The notes below the pieces were generated by a model, which saw only the letters and a program-made list of their open reading frames with translations, had not been told where the DNA came from and searched no databases. Source: an uncultured Actinomycetes bacterium (lineage in GTDB: Bacteria > Actinomycetota > UBA4738 > HRBIN12). From it: a DNA stretch of 64,000 nucleotides. The stretch is taken from positions 22,172 through 86,171 of the forward strand of contig CAVUTN010000008.1 of the NCBI GenBank assembly GCA_963744515.1, given 5' to 3'. This document shows positions 11,543 through 22,719 of this stretch, one piece after another. A program made the translations under genes and the position numbers. Position 1 is the stretch's first letter. Every line of letters begins with the position of its first letter.

Positions 11543-12667
11543 TCAGCCGGCGGCCGCGTCCTCGAGGTCGAGCGGCTGCGGCACGCTCGTGTCGACCAGG
11601 ATCCGAAGCGCATCGAGCGGGCAGGTGGACCGACACCGGGTGGCCCTGCCCGTACGGCAGGCCCTCGCCCTGGTTCTGCACCCATGCCTGCAGGGTCTGG
11701 CCCGGCGCGAGATGCACGATCACCTGCATGATCGAGCCGACGTACACGACCCGCTCGACCATGCCGGGGACCCGGTTCTCGCCGGTCGACCCCGTCTCCT
11801 CGAGCTGGACGCGTTCGGGACGGATCACGATCTTGCACGTCGCCGCTGCGCGTCGGTGTCGCCGTGCCCCGCCACGAGCTCGAACTCCCCGAGCTTCACC
11901 TTCCCCCGCCCGCCGGCATCGGCACCGCCGGCCGTCGCGTCCATCAGGTTCGAGACGCCCAGGAAGTCGGCGACGTACGCCGTGGTCGGCTCCTCGTAGA
12001 CGTCCGAGGGCGAGCCGATCTGCTCGACCCGACCGTTGCTCATCACCGCGAGCCGGTCCGACATCGTGAGCGCTTCCTCCTGGTCGTGCGTCACGTAGAT
12101 GAACGTGATGCCGATCTCCTCCTGGAGCGCCTTCAGCTCGATCTGCAGCGCCTTGCGGAGCTTGGCGTCGAGCGCGCCGAGCGGCTCGTCGAGCAGGAGC
12201 ACCGCCGGGTTCAGGATCAGCGCCCTCGCGAGCGCCACCCGCTGCTGCTGCCCGCCCGAGAGCTGCGAGGGGCGCCGGCGCTCGAGGCCCTGGAGCCGGA
12301 CCAGCTCGAGCGCGTCCGAGACGCGCTTCTTCGCATCCTGCTTCGAGACGTCCTTGTAGCGGAGCCCGAACGCGACGTTCTCGGCGACCGAGAGGTGCGG
12401 GAACAGGGCGTAGTTCTGGAAGACCGTGTTGACGTTGCGCTTGTGCGGCGGCGTCTGCACCATGTCCACGCCGTCGAGCAGGATCTGGCCCTCGTCCGGG
12501 CGTTCGAACCCCGCGATCAGCCGGAGCGTGGTCGTCTTGCCGCAGCCGGAGGGGCCGAGCAACGAGAAGAACTCGCCCGAGGGCATCGACAGGTTGATCC
12601 CCGCGACCGCCGTGACATCGGCGAACCGCTTCACCAGATCGACGAGGACGACCTCTCCACCGGCCAT
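11543..12667 (-). CDS. Polyamine ABC ATP-binding protein (PotA-like) with TOBE tail, frameshift near 11840
   Basis: [40 protein letters not shown]. Confidence 0.9.
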
Positions 12668-12733
12668 GATCGCGGAGCATACCCGAGGGCCTCAGCGACC
12701 GTTGGCACGGCCGTTGGCGCTCGCGGGCAGCCG

Positions 12734-14183
12734 TCAGCCGAGGTTCAGGTAGACCGACTTGCTCTCGAGGAAGTCCTCGACGCCGTGCTTGCCGAGCTCG
12801 CGACCGATCCCCGATTGCTTGTAGCCGCCCCACGGCATCTCGGTCGGCGCCGGCTGCGAGTCGTTGATCCAGACGACGCCGGCCCGCAGCGCCTGGGCGG
12901 TGCGCATCGCCTTGCTTGACGTCGTTGGTCCACACGGCGGCGGCCAAGCCGTACTCGTTGTCGTTGGACATCGCGACCACCTCGTCGACCGAGGAGAACG
13001 GGATCACCGACATCACGGGCCCGAAGATCTCCTCGCGCGCGATCGTCGCGTCGTTGTCGACGTCGGCGAACACGGTGGGCGGGACGAAGTAGCCGTTCGC
13101 CAGGCGCGCGTCCGTCGGGCGCGAGCCCTGCTTGGCGAGCGTGGCCTCCTTCGACCCGATCTCGATGAACCGCTCGACGCGCTCCTGCTGCTCCTTGCTC
13201 ACGAGCGGTCCCATCTCGGTCGCCTCGTCGGACCCCTCGCCCAGCACGATCGCCGACGCGCGGTCCACGAACGCGTTCACCGCGTCGTCGTACAGGGGCC
13301 GCTCGACGAACACGCGCGTGCCCGCCGAGCAGATCTCGCCCTGGTTCCAGAACACGCCGTTCGCCGAGCCCTCGAAGGCGGTTGCGCGATCCGCGTCCCC
13401 GAACACGATGTTCGGCGACTTGCCGCCGAGCTCGAGCGTCACGCGCTTCAGCGTGTCGGCGCCCGTTCGCATGATGATCTTGCCGACCTCGCGCGACCCG
13501 GTGAACGCCACCTTGTCGACCTTCGGGCTCTGCACGAGCGGAGCCCCTGCGGTCTCCCCGAACCCGGTCAGCACGTGGAACACCCCACGCGGGAGCCCGG
13601 CCTCCTCCAGGATCGCGGGCAGCTGCAGGCAGGTGAGCGGCGTCTGCTCGGGCGGCTTGAGGATGAACGTGCACCCCGCGGCCAGCGCGGGCGCGAGCTT
13701 CTGCGTCGCCATCATCAGCGGGTAGTTCCACGGGGTGATGCCGACCGCGACGCCCATCGGCTCCTTCCACACCATGAACATCGCGTCCGGGGACAGGTGC
13801 TGGACGTCCCCTTCGATCTTGGTCGCCCATCCCCCGAAGTACTCGAACATGAACGCGACCTCGGCCACGTCCTCGCGCGCCTCGCCGATCGGCTTGCCGG
13901 AGTCGAGCGACTCCATCCGGGCCAGGCGCTCCTGTTCGCGACGGACGATGTCGGCGGCGCGGAGCAGGATCCGGCCCCGCTCGCGAGCCGGCGTGCCGGG
14001 CCACCACGTGCCCTCGTCGAACGTCCGCCGGGCCGCGTCGACCGCGGCCTCGACGTCGACGGCCTTCGAGTCCGGCGCGGTGGCGATCACCTCGCCGGTC
14101 GCCGGGTCGAACACGTCGAAGCGCTCGCCGTCGCGCGCGTCGACCCACGCCCCGTCGATGTGGTTCTGCAACGCGTCGGCCAC
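12734..14183 (-). CDS. NAD-dependent aldehyde dehydrogenase (betaine aldehyde/aminoaldehyde type), frameshift near 12915
   Basis: [27 protein letters not shown] catalytic Cys, [18 protein letters not shown]. Confidence 0.92.
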
Positions 14184-14206
14184 GGTGGTCCCTCCCGGAG
14201 TCGTCT

Positions 14207-14225
14207 TGAACGAGCATTCAGCCTA
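14207..14225 (-). promoter_or_regulatory. -10 TAGGCT followed by operator-like TGAACG-AG-CATTCA upstream of the aldehyde dehydrogenase
   Basis: Near-palindrome sharing consensus TGAACG-N2-CGTTCA with 8354-8367. Confidence 0.5.
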
Positions 14226-14264
14226 TCGCGGGAGGACGGGCTCCGTGTTCTCGGGGAGCGGTCC

Positions 14265-14555
14265 TCAGGCGCCGGTGCCGAGCCACTCGCCGTCGGTCCA
14301 GGCCGGCTCGCCCTCGAGCAGCTCCATGATCTTGCCGAAGTTCTCGTCGGTCTGGGGATCGTGGACCATCGCGAAGTACGCGTCCTTGTCGTCGTACATC
14401 ACGGCCACCACGACGTCGTCGCCCTCGTCGGCCTTGAGGAGGTAGCCGCCGCGGTAGCCCTTCGCGGCCGCGCCGGCCGGGGGCGCGCTCATCAGCGCGA
14501 TGAGCTCGTCGCGCTTGCCGGCCTTCGGCGTCATCCGTCCCAGCGTCCCGTACAC
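14265..14555 (-). CDS. Small dimeric alpha/beta-barrel (ABM-like) protein
   Basis: RBS AAGGAGG before GTG; YGTLGRMTPKAGKRDELIALM...VVVAVMYDDKDAY pattern. Confidence 0.6.
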   Translation of the reverse strand: MYGTLGRMTPKAGKRDELIALMSAPPAGAAAKGYRGGYLLKADEGDDVVVAVMYDDKDAYFAMVHDPQTDENFGKIMELLEGEPAWTDGEWLGTGA

Positions 14556-14626
14556 GGCAGCCTCCTTGGCCAACGGTCGAACGCGGAGCATACGCGGTCC
14601 GCCTCACGCGACGGTAGGCTCGCCGC

Positions 14627-15514
14627 GTGCCGGGGGACCGCGCGAGGACCGTCGCGAACGACGGCGTCCGCCTCCACGTCCGCGAGTGGCCGGGCGGCGG
14701 GGACGACGTCCTGCTGATCCACGGGCTCGCGTCGTCCTCGCACATCTGGGACCTGGTCGCGCCGCGGCTGGTCCGGCTCGGGCTCCACCCGGTCGCCTAC
14801 GACCAGCGGGGGCACGGCCGGTCCTCCAAGCCCTCCTCCGGCTACGGCTTCGACCGGACCACGGCCGACGCGGCCGCCGTGATCCGCGCGACGCGGCTGC
14901 ATCGACCGATCGTCGTCGGGCACTCGTGGGGAGCGAACGTCGCGCTCGAGCTCGCGGTCCGCCGGTCTCGCCTGGTCGGCGGGACGGTGCTGCTCGACGG
15001 CGGCTTCGTCACGATGCGCGAACGGTTCGACTGGACGACCGCGAAGCGGACGCTCGCACCCCCCGAGTTCGGTGGGATCACGGTCGACGCGTTCCTCCGG
15101 CGCGTCCACCGCAACCTCGGGCGCACGATCCCCATCACACCCGAGCTCGACGAGGTCTTCCTGTCGCTCGTCCGCGTGGATCCGCAGGGGCGGATCCGGC
15201 CACGCCTGTCGCGGGCGAACCACCTCAGGATCCTCCGCGCGCTGTGGGAGCAGGACACGTTCGGGCTGCTCGAACACGTCCGCGTCCCGACGCTGATCCT
15301 GGCCGCGCGTTCGCGTTCGGGCGGGTCGGCCGCGCCGGGGTTCGAACGGGACAAGGCGATCGCCGCGCGGCGCGTCCGGACGATCGGACCCCCGGTGTCG
15401 CTCGAGTGGATCGAGGGGATCCACGACGTTCCCCTGCAGCGTCCGGAGGCGGTCGCCCGGCGGATCGCGGGGTTCGCCGAGGCCGCGGCCCGCGTTCGGC
15501 GCCGGCGCTCGTAG
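14627..15514 (+). CDS. Alpha/beta hydrolase
   Basis: LLIHGLASS, YDQRGHGRS, nucleophile elbow GHSWG, C-terminal His in GIHDVP. Confidence 0.9.
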   Translation: MPGDRARTVANDGVRLHVREWPGGGDDVLLIHGLASSSHIWDLVAPRLVRLGLHPVAYDQRGHGRSSKPSSGYGFDRTTADAAAVIRATRLHRPIVVGHSWGANVALELAVRRSRLVGGTVLLDGGFVTMRERFDWTTAKRTLAPPEFGGITVDAFLRRVHRNLGRTIPITPELDEVFLSLVRVDPQGRIRPRLSRANHLRILRALWEQDTFGLLEHVRVPTLILAARSRSGGSAAPGFERDKAIAARRVRTIGPPVSLEWIEGIHDVPLQRPEAVARRIAGFAEAAARVRRRRS

Positions 15515-15523
15515 GATGGTGGC

Positions 15524-15796
15524 ATGGCGCTGTTCCTGTTGATCGTGCTGGTCCTGGCCGCCGCCGCGGGCGTGCTCGGCGCGGTCCTGAAGGTCACGCT
15601 CGTGATCGTCCTGTCGTTCGTGCTCGCGATCGTGCTCCTCGCCTGGATCGGTGCCTGGTACGCGAAGCGGCGGTTCCGCGCGTTCCAGCGCGACGTCGAG
15701 GTCCGGTACGACCAGGACCGCCGGCGTCGGACGGCGTACGACGTCCGCTCCGAACCGCGGCAGGGCCCCGCTCGCGGCCTCGGCGACGGCAGCTAG
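15524..15796 (+). CDS. Small membrane protein
   Basis: Two hydrophobic helices then a charged tail; TAGGAT 6 nt before ATG. Confidence 0.65.
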   Translation: MALFLLIVLVLAAAAGVLGAVLKVTLVIVLSFVLAIVLLAWIGAWYAKRRFRAFQRDVEVRYDQDRRRRTAYDVRSEPRQGPARGLGDGS

Positions 15797-15817
15797 CCCG
15801 TCCCGAACGTTCCGCGG

Positions 15818-16512
15818 ATGACGACGGCCGAACGGGTTCGCGAGGTCCTTCGGTACACTGGAGCGGATGGGCGACCCCGCCCGCGTCGAGGGCATGAAGC
15901 GCTTCGGGATCGACACCGGCCGCGCCGTCGGGCGTCTCGGTGACCGAGCTCCGGCGTCTCGCCCGCGGTCTCGGCCACGATCACGACCTCGCGGCGGCGC
16001 TCTGGGCGTCGGGCGTGCACGAGGCGCGCATCCTCGCGTCGCTGGTGGACGAGCCGGCCAGGGTCTCGGAGGCGCAGATGGACGCGTGGGTGGCCGACCT
16101 GGACTCGTGGGACGTCTGCGACGCGGTGTGCGGCAACCTGTTCGACCGGACCCCGTTCGCGCTGGACAAGGCGGTCGAGTGGAGCGCCCGCGAGCCCGAG
16201 TTCGAGAAGCGCGCCGGGTTCGCGCTCATGGCGTGGGCCGCCGTCCACCGCAAGGACCTGCCCGACGCGGCGTTCGCCTCGCTGCTGCCGCTGATCCGCG
16301 AGCGGTCGACCGACGACCGCAACTACGTGAAGAAGGCGGTCTCCTGGGCGCTGCGGCAGATCGGCAAGCGCAGCGCCGGTCTCAACACGAAGGCGATCCG
16401 GACCGCCGAGCAGATCGAGCGCATGGACGCCCGGTCCTCGAGGTGGATCGCCCGCGACGCCCTGCGCGAGCTCCGGAGCGACGCCGTCCAGGCTCGCCTG
16501 CGGACGCGCTGA
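15818..16512 (+). CDS. DNA alkylation repair protein (AlkD-like), frameshifts at N-terminus
   Basis: LWASGVHEARILA, DLDSWDVCDAVC, DDRNYVKKAVSWALRQIGKR. Confidence 0.88.
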
Positions 16513-16513
16513 C

Positions 16514-17451
16514 CTACAGCTCGAGCAAGCGCGGGCGCGAGCTCGCGGAGCTGCGGGAGGCACGGGTCGAGCTCGTCCTCCGAGACCACCTGGACGCAGA
16601 CGTGGTCCGCGCCGGCGTCCAGGTGCTGCCGGACGCGCACCGCCACGCGGTCGACGTCGCCCCACGCGACCACCGCGTCGATCAGCGCGTCGCTCCCCTG
16701 CCCGGCGACGTCGGCGTCGGTCCACCCCACGCGCTTGAGGTTGCGCGCGTAGTTCTCGGTCTGCAGGTAGTCCAGCGCGAACCCGCGGGCGACGCGCCGG
16801 GCCTCGGACGGGTCGCTCTCGAGCACGACGGTCTGCTCGACCGCGAGCACCGGACCCGGACCGAGCCGCTGCCGCGCGAACGCCGTGTGCTCGACCGGGA
16901 CGAAGTAGGGATGGACGCCGTGCGCGCGTTCGGCCGCGAGCTCGAGCATCCTCGGCCCGAGCGCCGCGAGCACCAGGCGCGGCGTCACCTCGGGCTCGGC
17001 CGCCGAGGACGGCGCGCGGTCCATCGCGTCGAGGTACTCCCGCATCGCCGTGATACGGCTTCTCGTACGTGCCGCCCCGGCGAGCGACCGAACCCGCGTG
17101 GCTCACCCCGATCCCCAGCACGAAGCGCCCCGGGTACGCGTCCGTGAGCATCCGCCAGCCGTTCGCCATCGCGGTGGGGTCGCGCGCCCAGATGTTCGCG
17201 ATACCGGTCACGGCGAGGGCGCGCTCGGTGCTCGCGAGGATCCACGACGCGTGGGCGAAGGCCTCCCGGCTGTCGACGGACTCGGGGAACCAGATCGCCC
17301 GGTAGCCGAACGACTCGATCTCGGCCACGGCGTCGCGCTCCTCCGCCGCGGTCAGCGTCTCGAGCGCGAAGCTCCAGGCGCCGATGCGCCCGAGCGACTC
17401 GCGCAGCTCGTCGCGCTCCCCACGGAGCTCGAGGCCCTGGGGTTCCTCCAT
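16514..17451 (-). CDS. LLM-class F420-dependent oxidoreductase (TIGR03620-like), frameshift near 17050
   Basis: GIANIWARD, PGRFVLGIGVSH, LAALGPRMLELAAERAHGVHPYFVPVEHT, HLDAGADHVCVQ. Confidence 0.85.
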
Positions 17452-17470
17452 GGCGCCGGACCCTATCAAC

Positions 17471-17505
17471 GAGGAAGGGGCCCCCGCACGGGGACCCCTT
17501 CCTCA
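17471..17505. terminator. Stem-loop downstream of the MMPL gene
   Basis: GAGGAAGGGG...CCCCTTCCTC 10-bp outer stem plus inner CCCC/GGGG stem. Confidence 0.6.
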
Positions 17506-17538
17506 AGCCGACAGCTGCGACGATCAGGCGTTCGTCCC

Positions 17539-20070
17539 TCACGCCCACGGGCTCGGCCTCGCGGGACCAGCACCGGCTCCTGCTCCTCGACGTGTCCCTC
17601 GACGTCCAGATCCGGCAACCACTGGAGCCACTTCGGCAGGTACCAGTTGCGGTCGCCGAGGAGCTTCATCGCCGACGGGACCAGGATCGATCGAACGATC
17701 GTGGCGTCGATCAGGACCGCGACCGCGAGCCCGAAGCCCATCTCCTCCAGCGCCGTCAGCCTGCCGGCCGCGAACCCCCCGAAGACGGCCACCATGATGA
17801 TCGCGGCGCCGGTGATGATCCCACCGGTCGTCCGCAGCCCGTACGTGACCGCCTCGGCGTTGTCCCGGGTCTTGTCGTACTCCTCCCGGATCCGCGTGAG
17901 GAGGAACACGTGGTAGTCCATCGACAGCCCGAACAGGATCGAGAACAGGAACAGCGGGAGCCACGCCTCGATCGCGTCGGTCTGCTGGAACCCGAACGCG
18001 TCCGCGATCGTCTTGCCGATCGCCGGGCCGCCCTTCTGGAACACCAGGACGATCAGGCCGTACGCCGCTCCGACCGAGAGCAGGTTCATCACGATCGCCT
18101 TGGCCGGCACGACGAGCGACCGGAACACCACCGTGAGCAGGATGAACGACAACCCGAGCACGATCACGATGATGAGCGGCGTGTAGTCGCTCGAGACGTC
18201 GAAGAAGTCGGTGATGAACGCGGTCTCGCCGCCCACCAGCACTCGGAGGCCGGAGCCGCCGAACGCCTCGGGGATGTACGTCCCGCGGAGCTCTCGGATC
18301 GGCCTCGACGGCCGCCTCGCTCTGCGTGTCCGTCGCCTCGCCGGTGAGCGGGACCTCGACGAGCGTGACGCTCCCGTCCTCGCTCAAGCGCGGCTCCGCC
18401 GGGGCGCCCAGGTTCGGGTCGTCGGCGATCTCGGCGGTCAGCGTCTCGATCCCCTGCTGCACCTGTGGGTCGTCCGGGTTCCCGAGGACCACGATCTGCG
18501 CGGGCGCGTTCGTCCCCGACTTCGGGAAGTACTTCACGAGAGCGAGGAACGCCTGCTTGGTCTGGACGTCGTCCGGCAGCGTCGTGATGCCCGACAGCCC
18601 CTGCTTGATCCCACGCCCGTCGTCCTCGGGGTGCGACTGCAGCCAGAACGGGAGCGACAGGACGATCAGGAAGCTCGCCGAGAGCACGAGGCTGATGACC
18701 GGGCGTGCCATGACGGCTCGGCTGGCTCGGTCCCAGAAGCCCCCGGGCCGACCCTGCTCGATCTGATCGTGCCGGATGCGCCGGTGAGAGCCACGATGCA
18801 TCCCTGCGGAGCAAGCGCGTCAGGACGATCGCTGCCGCGACGAATCCGAGCAAGCCCGCCACGCCGGCGAGAGCACCGGGAGCTCCGACGGCGGAGACGA
18901 GCGTCCCGACCACGCCTGCGGCGACGATCATGCCGAGGAGCGAGAGCGCGTTCGCGTTCCTCGACATCCACGGCCAGTCGAGCCAGTCCAAGCCGACCCG
19001 CTTCGCGGGGGTTCCCAACAGGCTCATGACCGCCGGCAACAGGGTCATCGACGCGGCGACCGAGACCAGCACCACGATGATGGCGCCCCCCGCGAGACCC
19101 CGGAAGATCGTCGTCGGGACGAGCAGCATGCCCGAGAGCGCGATCACCACCGTCAGGCCGCTGAAGAAGACCGCGCGGTTGGCCGTCGCCCCGGAACGAC
19201 CGATCGCGTGCAGCTTGTCACCACCCTTGCGGCGCTCCTCGCGATACCGGGACACGATGAACAGCGAGTAGTCGATCCCGACCGCCAAGCCCATCATCGA
19301 GATGAGGTTCGGGGCGAAGAACGTGAACTTCCAGAGTTGGCCGATCACCGCCACGATCCCCAACGTCACGGAGATCGCGAAGATGGCCATGATGATCGGC
19401 GTCACGCCCGCGATCAGCGCTCCGAAGACCGCGATCAGCACGATGATGGCGGCGACGATCCCGATCGATTCCCCGAAGCGCAGGTCCTCCTCGGAGATCG
19501 TCTTGAAGTCTTCGGTGGACGTGGCCTCGCCCAGGATGAACGCCTGGACGCCACCGGTGCTCGCCTCTTCCCGGATCGCCGCGACCTGGTCGACGTGCTC
19601 GGCGGCGTCGTCGATGTCTCCGGTCATCACGACCGTGAACAGGACCGCCTGTCCGTCTTCGGAGGGGATCGGACCCAGCGGCGCCGTCTCCGGGTCCTCC
19701 GCCGACCGCGGCGGGCAGGGGGAAGGCCGGCGGGACGGAGGCCACCACGTCCGGGCCCAGGGCGTTCAGGTCCTGCAGGACCGCGTTCACGTCCTCGACG
19801 AAGGCGGGATCGTCGACGGCGCCCTCACTCGGGACCGGCGATCACCCAGTTCTCGGTCACGATGTCCTGCTCGAGGCGGCGTTGCTCCAAGATCTGCTGG
19901 GCTTCCTTCGCCTCGGGCGTGTTCGTGAAGTCGATGTCGGTCGTCAGGGCCGAACCGAGCAGGGCCGAACTGGAGGCCCCCGCCAGCACGAAGATCACGA
20001 ACCACACGCCGACCGTGCGCCAGGGGTGCCTGCTGCTCGCTCGAGCGATCGACTCGGGGTTGAGCCTCAT
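17539..20070 (-). CDS. MMPL/RND family transporter (multiple frameshifts)
   Basis: GLAVGIDYSLFIVSRYREE and GLSMDYHVFLLTRIREEYD, the two MMPL repeats; DATIVRSILVPSAM. Confidence 0.9.
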
Positions 20071-20134
20071 CCCGTACTCCCCTCACTCGTGCGCCTCGTC
20101 GGGCGCGCGGACCTCGTACGTTGCCTCACGGTGC

Positions 20135-20189
20135 CTTACGCCATATGCTTACGGTGTACGGAGTATATGGATACGATGTAAGGTGTCAA
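20135..20189 (-). promoter_or_regulatory. MMPL promoter TTGACA-N16-TATACT with TAC-N3-GTA operator-like repeats
   Basis: -35 at 20189-20184, -10 at 20167-20162; TACGGTGTA (20150), TACGATGTA (20172), degenerate TACGCCATA (20137). Confidence 0.6.
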
Positions 20190-20250
20190 CCCGACGAACC
20201 GCCGCCTACTTCCCGGAGGAAGCAGGTTCCCTGACCCAGATGGACGGTAG

Positions 20251-20973
20251 ATGAACGTGACCCGATCGACGCGAGATCGACAAGGAACCGACACCGGCGA
20301 CCATCCCCGCCGAACACCACTTACCCGCGAGCGCATCATCGAAGCCGCCCTGCATGTGATGGACGAGGAAGGGCTCGAATCGGTGACGATGCGGCGCATC
20401 GGGCGCGAGCTCGGCGTCGAGGCGATGTCGCTCTACGGGCACGACGCCAACCACGTGACGGGCAAGGACGACATCCTCGACGGGATCTGCGAACGGGTGA
20501 TGTCCGAGTTCGAGTTCCCCGAGCCCGGTCGCGATTGGGCGGAGACGTGCCGGCGCGCCGCGCGCTCGTGGCGACGGCTCCTCAAGGCGCACCCGGACGT
20601 CATGCGGCTGTTCGCCGAGGAGCGCGGGCCCGTGCGCTCGGTCGAGTCGATGCGCCCGATGGAGTTCGCGCTCCGGCTGTTCCGGGAGATCGGTCTGTCC
20701 GACCGCGACACGGCGCAGGCGTTCCACGCGTTCGGGGGGTACATCCAGGGGTTCGTGATCATGGAGCAAGGCTCGATCGCGGGCGGCATCAGCGAGGGAC
20801 ATCTCGACCGTCACAAGGAGCTCGCGGCCGAGCTGCCCGACGAGTTCTCGGCGCTCCGCGCGATCCATCCTCACTGGGCCGAGTGCAACCCCGACGACGA
20901 GTTCGAGTTCGGCCTGGACCTGTTGATCCGGGGCGTGCTCGAACGCGTCCGGAGCCAGACCCCGGATCCCTAG
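20251..20973 (+). CDS. TetR/AcrR family regulator with TetR_C domain
   Basis: LTRERIIEAALHVMDEEGLESVTMRRIGRELGVEAMSLY; FEFGLDLLIRG; divergent from MMPL. Confidence 0.92.
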   Translation: MNVTRSTRDRQGTDTGDHPRRTPLTRERIIEAALHVMDEEGLESVTMRRIGRELGVEAMSLYGHDANHVTGKDDILDGICERVMSEFEFPEPGRDWAETCRRAARSWRRLLKAHPDVMRLFAEERGPVRSVESMRPMEFALRLFREIGLSDRDTAQAFHAFGGYIQGFVIMEQGSIAGGISEGHLDRHKELAAELPDEFSALRAIHPHWAECNPDDEFEFGLDLLIRGVLERVRSQTPDP

Positions 20974-22151
20974 CGCAGACCCAGCTCGGCGCCGACCCGC
21001 CCGAACGTCTCGAGCGCCTCGCCCAGGTCCTCCTCCGTGTGGTCCGCGGTGACGATCGTCCGCACGCGCGCGGAGCCCTTGGCCACGGTGGGGAACACGA
21101 TCGCCGGGCAGAACACGCCCTCCTCGAACAGCCGCCGCGCGAACGCCTGCGTCCGCTCCTCGTCCCCGGTGATCACCGGCGTGATCGGGGTCTCGCTCGC
21201 CCCGGTGTCGAACCCGAGCTCGTGCAGGCCCGCCTTGAGCGACGCGGTGTTCGACCAGAGCCGTTCGAGCCGCTCGGGCTCGTCGTCGATGATGTCGAGC
21301 GCCTCGATGCAGGCGGCGACCGCCGCCGGCGGCGCGCTCGTCGAGAACAGGTAGGGCCGGCCGCGGTTCTGCAGCCACTCGATCAGCTCGTGGCCCCCCG
21401 CGATGAACCCACCCAGGACGCCGATCGCCTTCGAGAGCGTCCCGACCTGGACGTCGACCCGGCCGTGCAGGCCGAAGTGGTCGACGGTCCCCGCGCCGCC
21501 CGTCCCGAGGACGCCCGACGCGTGCGCGTCGTCGATCATCATGATCGCCCCGTGCCGCTCGGCGACCTCGACGAGCGCCGGCAGCGGCGCGATGTCGCCG
21601 TCCATCGAGAACACGCCGTCCGTCACCAGGAGCTGCCGCCGGCCCTCGGCCTTGCTCTCCTGGAGCAGTCGGTCCGCGTGCTCGGCGTCCTTGTGCTCGA
21701 ACACCTTGATCTCGGCGCGCGAGAGCCTCGCGCCGTCGATGATCGACGCGTGGTTCAGGCGGTCGCTCACGATCACGTCCTGCTTGTCGAGGATCGCGGC
21801 GACGGTCCCGGCGTTCGCCGTGAAGCCCGACTGGAACATCAGCGCGTCCTCCGCGTGCTTGAACGCGGCGAACCGGCGCTCGAGCTCACGGTGCAGCGTC
21901 ATCGAACCGGCGATCGTGCGCACCGCACCCGTGCCGGCGCCGAGCTCGCTCGCGGCCTTCGCGGCCGCGGCGTTCATCCGAGGGTGGTTCGCCAGACCGA
22001 GGTAGTTGTTCGACGCGAGGTTGATCACGTCCCGCCCGTCGAACCGCGCCCGGGCGCCGGTCGGTCCCTCGAGGGTCCTCGGCTGCAGCAGCAGCCCCTG
22101 CTCGTCGAGCTCGGCGAGCCGCTGCTTCAGGTAGTCGAGCGCGCCCGGCAT
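20970..22151 (-). CDS. kbl: Glycine C-acetyltransferase (2-amino-3-ketobutyrate CoA ligase, AONS family)
   Basis: INLASNNYLGL, DRLNHASIIDG, TDGVFSMDGD, DDAHASG, GTLSKAIG (PLP Lys); tdh nearby. Confidence 0.85.
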   Translation of the reverse strand: MPGALDYLKQRLAELDEQGLLLQPRTLEGPTGARARFDGRDVINLASNNYLGLANHPRMNAAAAKAASELGAGTGAVRTIAGSMTLHRELERRFAAFKHAEDALMFQSGFTANAGTVAAILDKQDVIVSDRLNHASIIDGARLSRAEIKVFEHKDAEHADRLLQESKAEGRRQLLVTDGVFSMDGDIAPLPALVEVAERHGAIMMIDDAHASGVLGTGGAGTVDHFGLHGRVDVQVGTLSKAIGVLGGFIAGGHELIEWLQNRGRPYLFSTSAPPAAVAACIEALDIIDDEPERLERLWSNTASLKAGLHELGFDTGASETPITPVITGDEERTQAFARRLFEEGVFCPAIVFPTVAKGSARVRTIVTADHTEEDLGEALETFGRVGAELGLR

Positions 22152-22240
22152 CGGAACCTCACGCTACCGCATACGCTGTGGCGACCGGTCCGGCCGACCG
22201 ACGGCCGATCGACGACAGCAAGAGAGGCGCAGGAGGCATC

Positions 22241-22719
22241 GTGGGCGACATCGAGCTCGACGCGTTCCTCGCGGACTCCGTCGCGTCGGTCCAGGGCAAG
22301 CTCTACGCGCTCGGGGCGGGGTGGAACCGGATCGCGGTCGCGCTGTTCCCCGCCCGCCACGACCGCGTGGGGATCGGGCTCCTGGTCCGGATCCCGGCGG
22401 GGTTCGGCCGCCGAGGCGCGCCGGTTCGAGCTCCGGCTGCTCGGCCCCTCGGGCGAGGACCTCTCGCTCGGGCGCCGGTCCCGAGGGGCCGGTGAACCGC
22501 ATCGGGGGCGAGTTCACGGCCGGGGGCGCCGACGAGCAGATCGTGCCGATCGCCCTGAACCTGAACGGGCTCCCGCTGCCCACGCCGGGCGACTACCGCG
22601 TCGTGATCTCGATGCAGGGGGAGGACGTGAAGACGCTCCCGTTCACCGTCCAGGCGCTCGCCGCGCAACCGCGGCAGGAGCCGCCGTCGTCCACGACCGG
22701 GACGGCCGGCTACCTCTGA
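22241..22719 (+). CDS. DUF6941-like hypothetical protein (frameshifts)
   Basis: RBS AGGAGG; FLADSVASVQGKLYALGAGW...IALNLNGLPLPTPGDYRVVISMQGEDVKTLPFTV. Confidence 0.65.
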
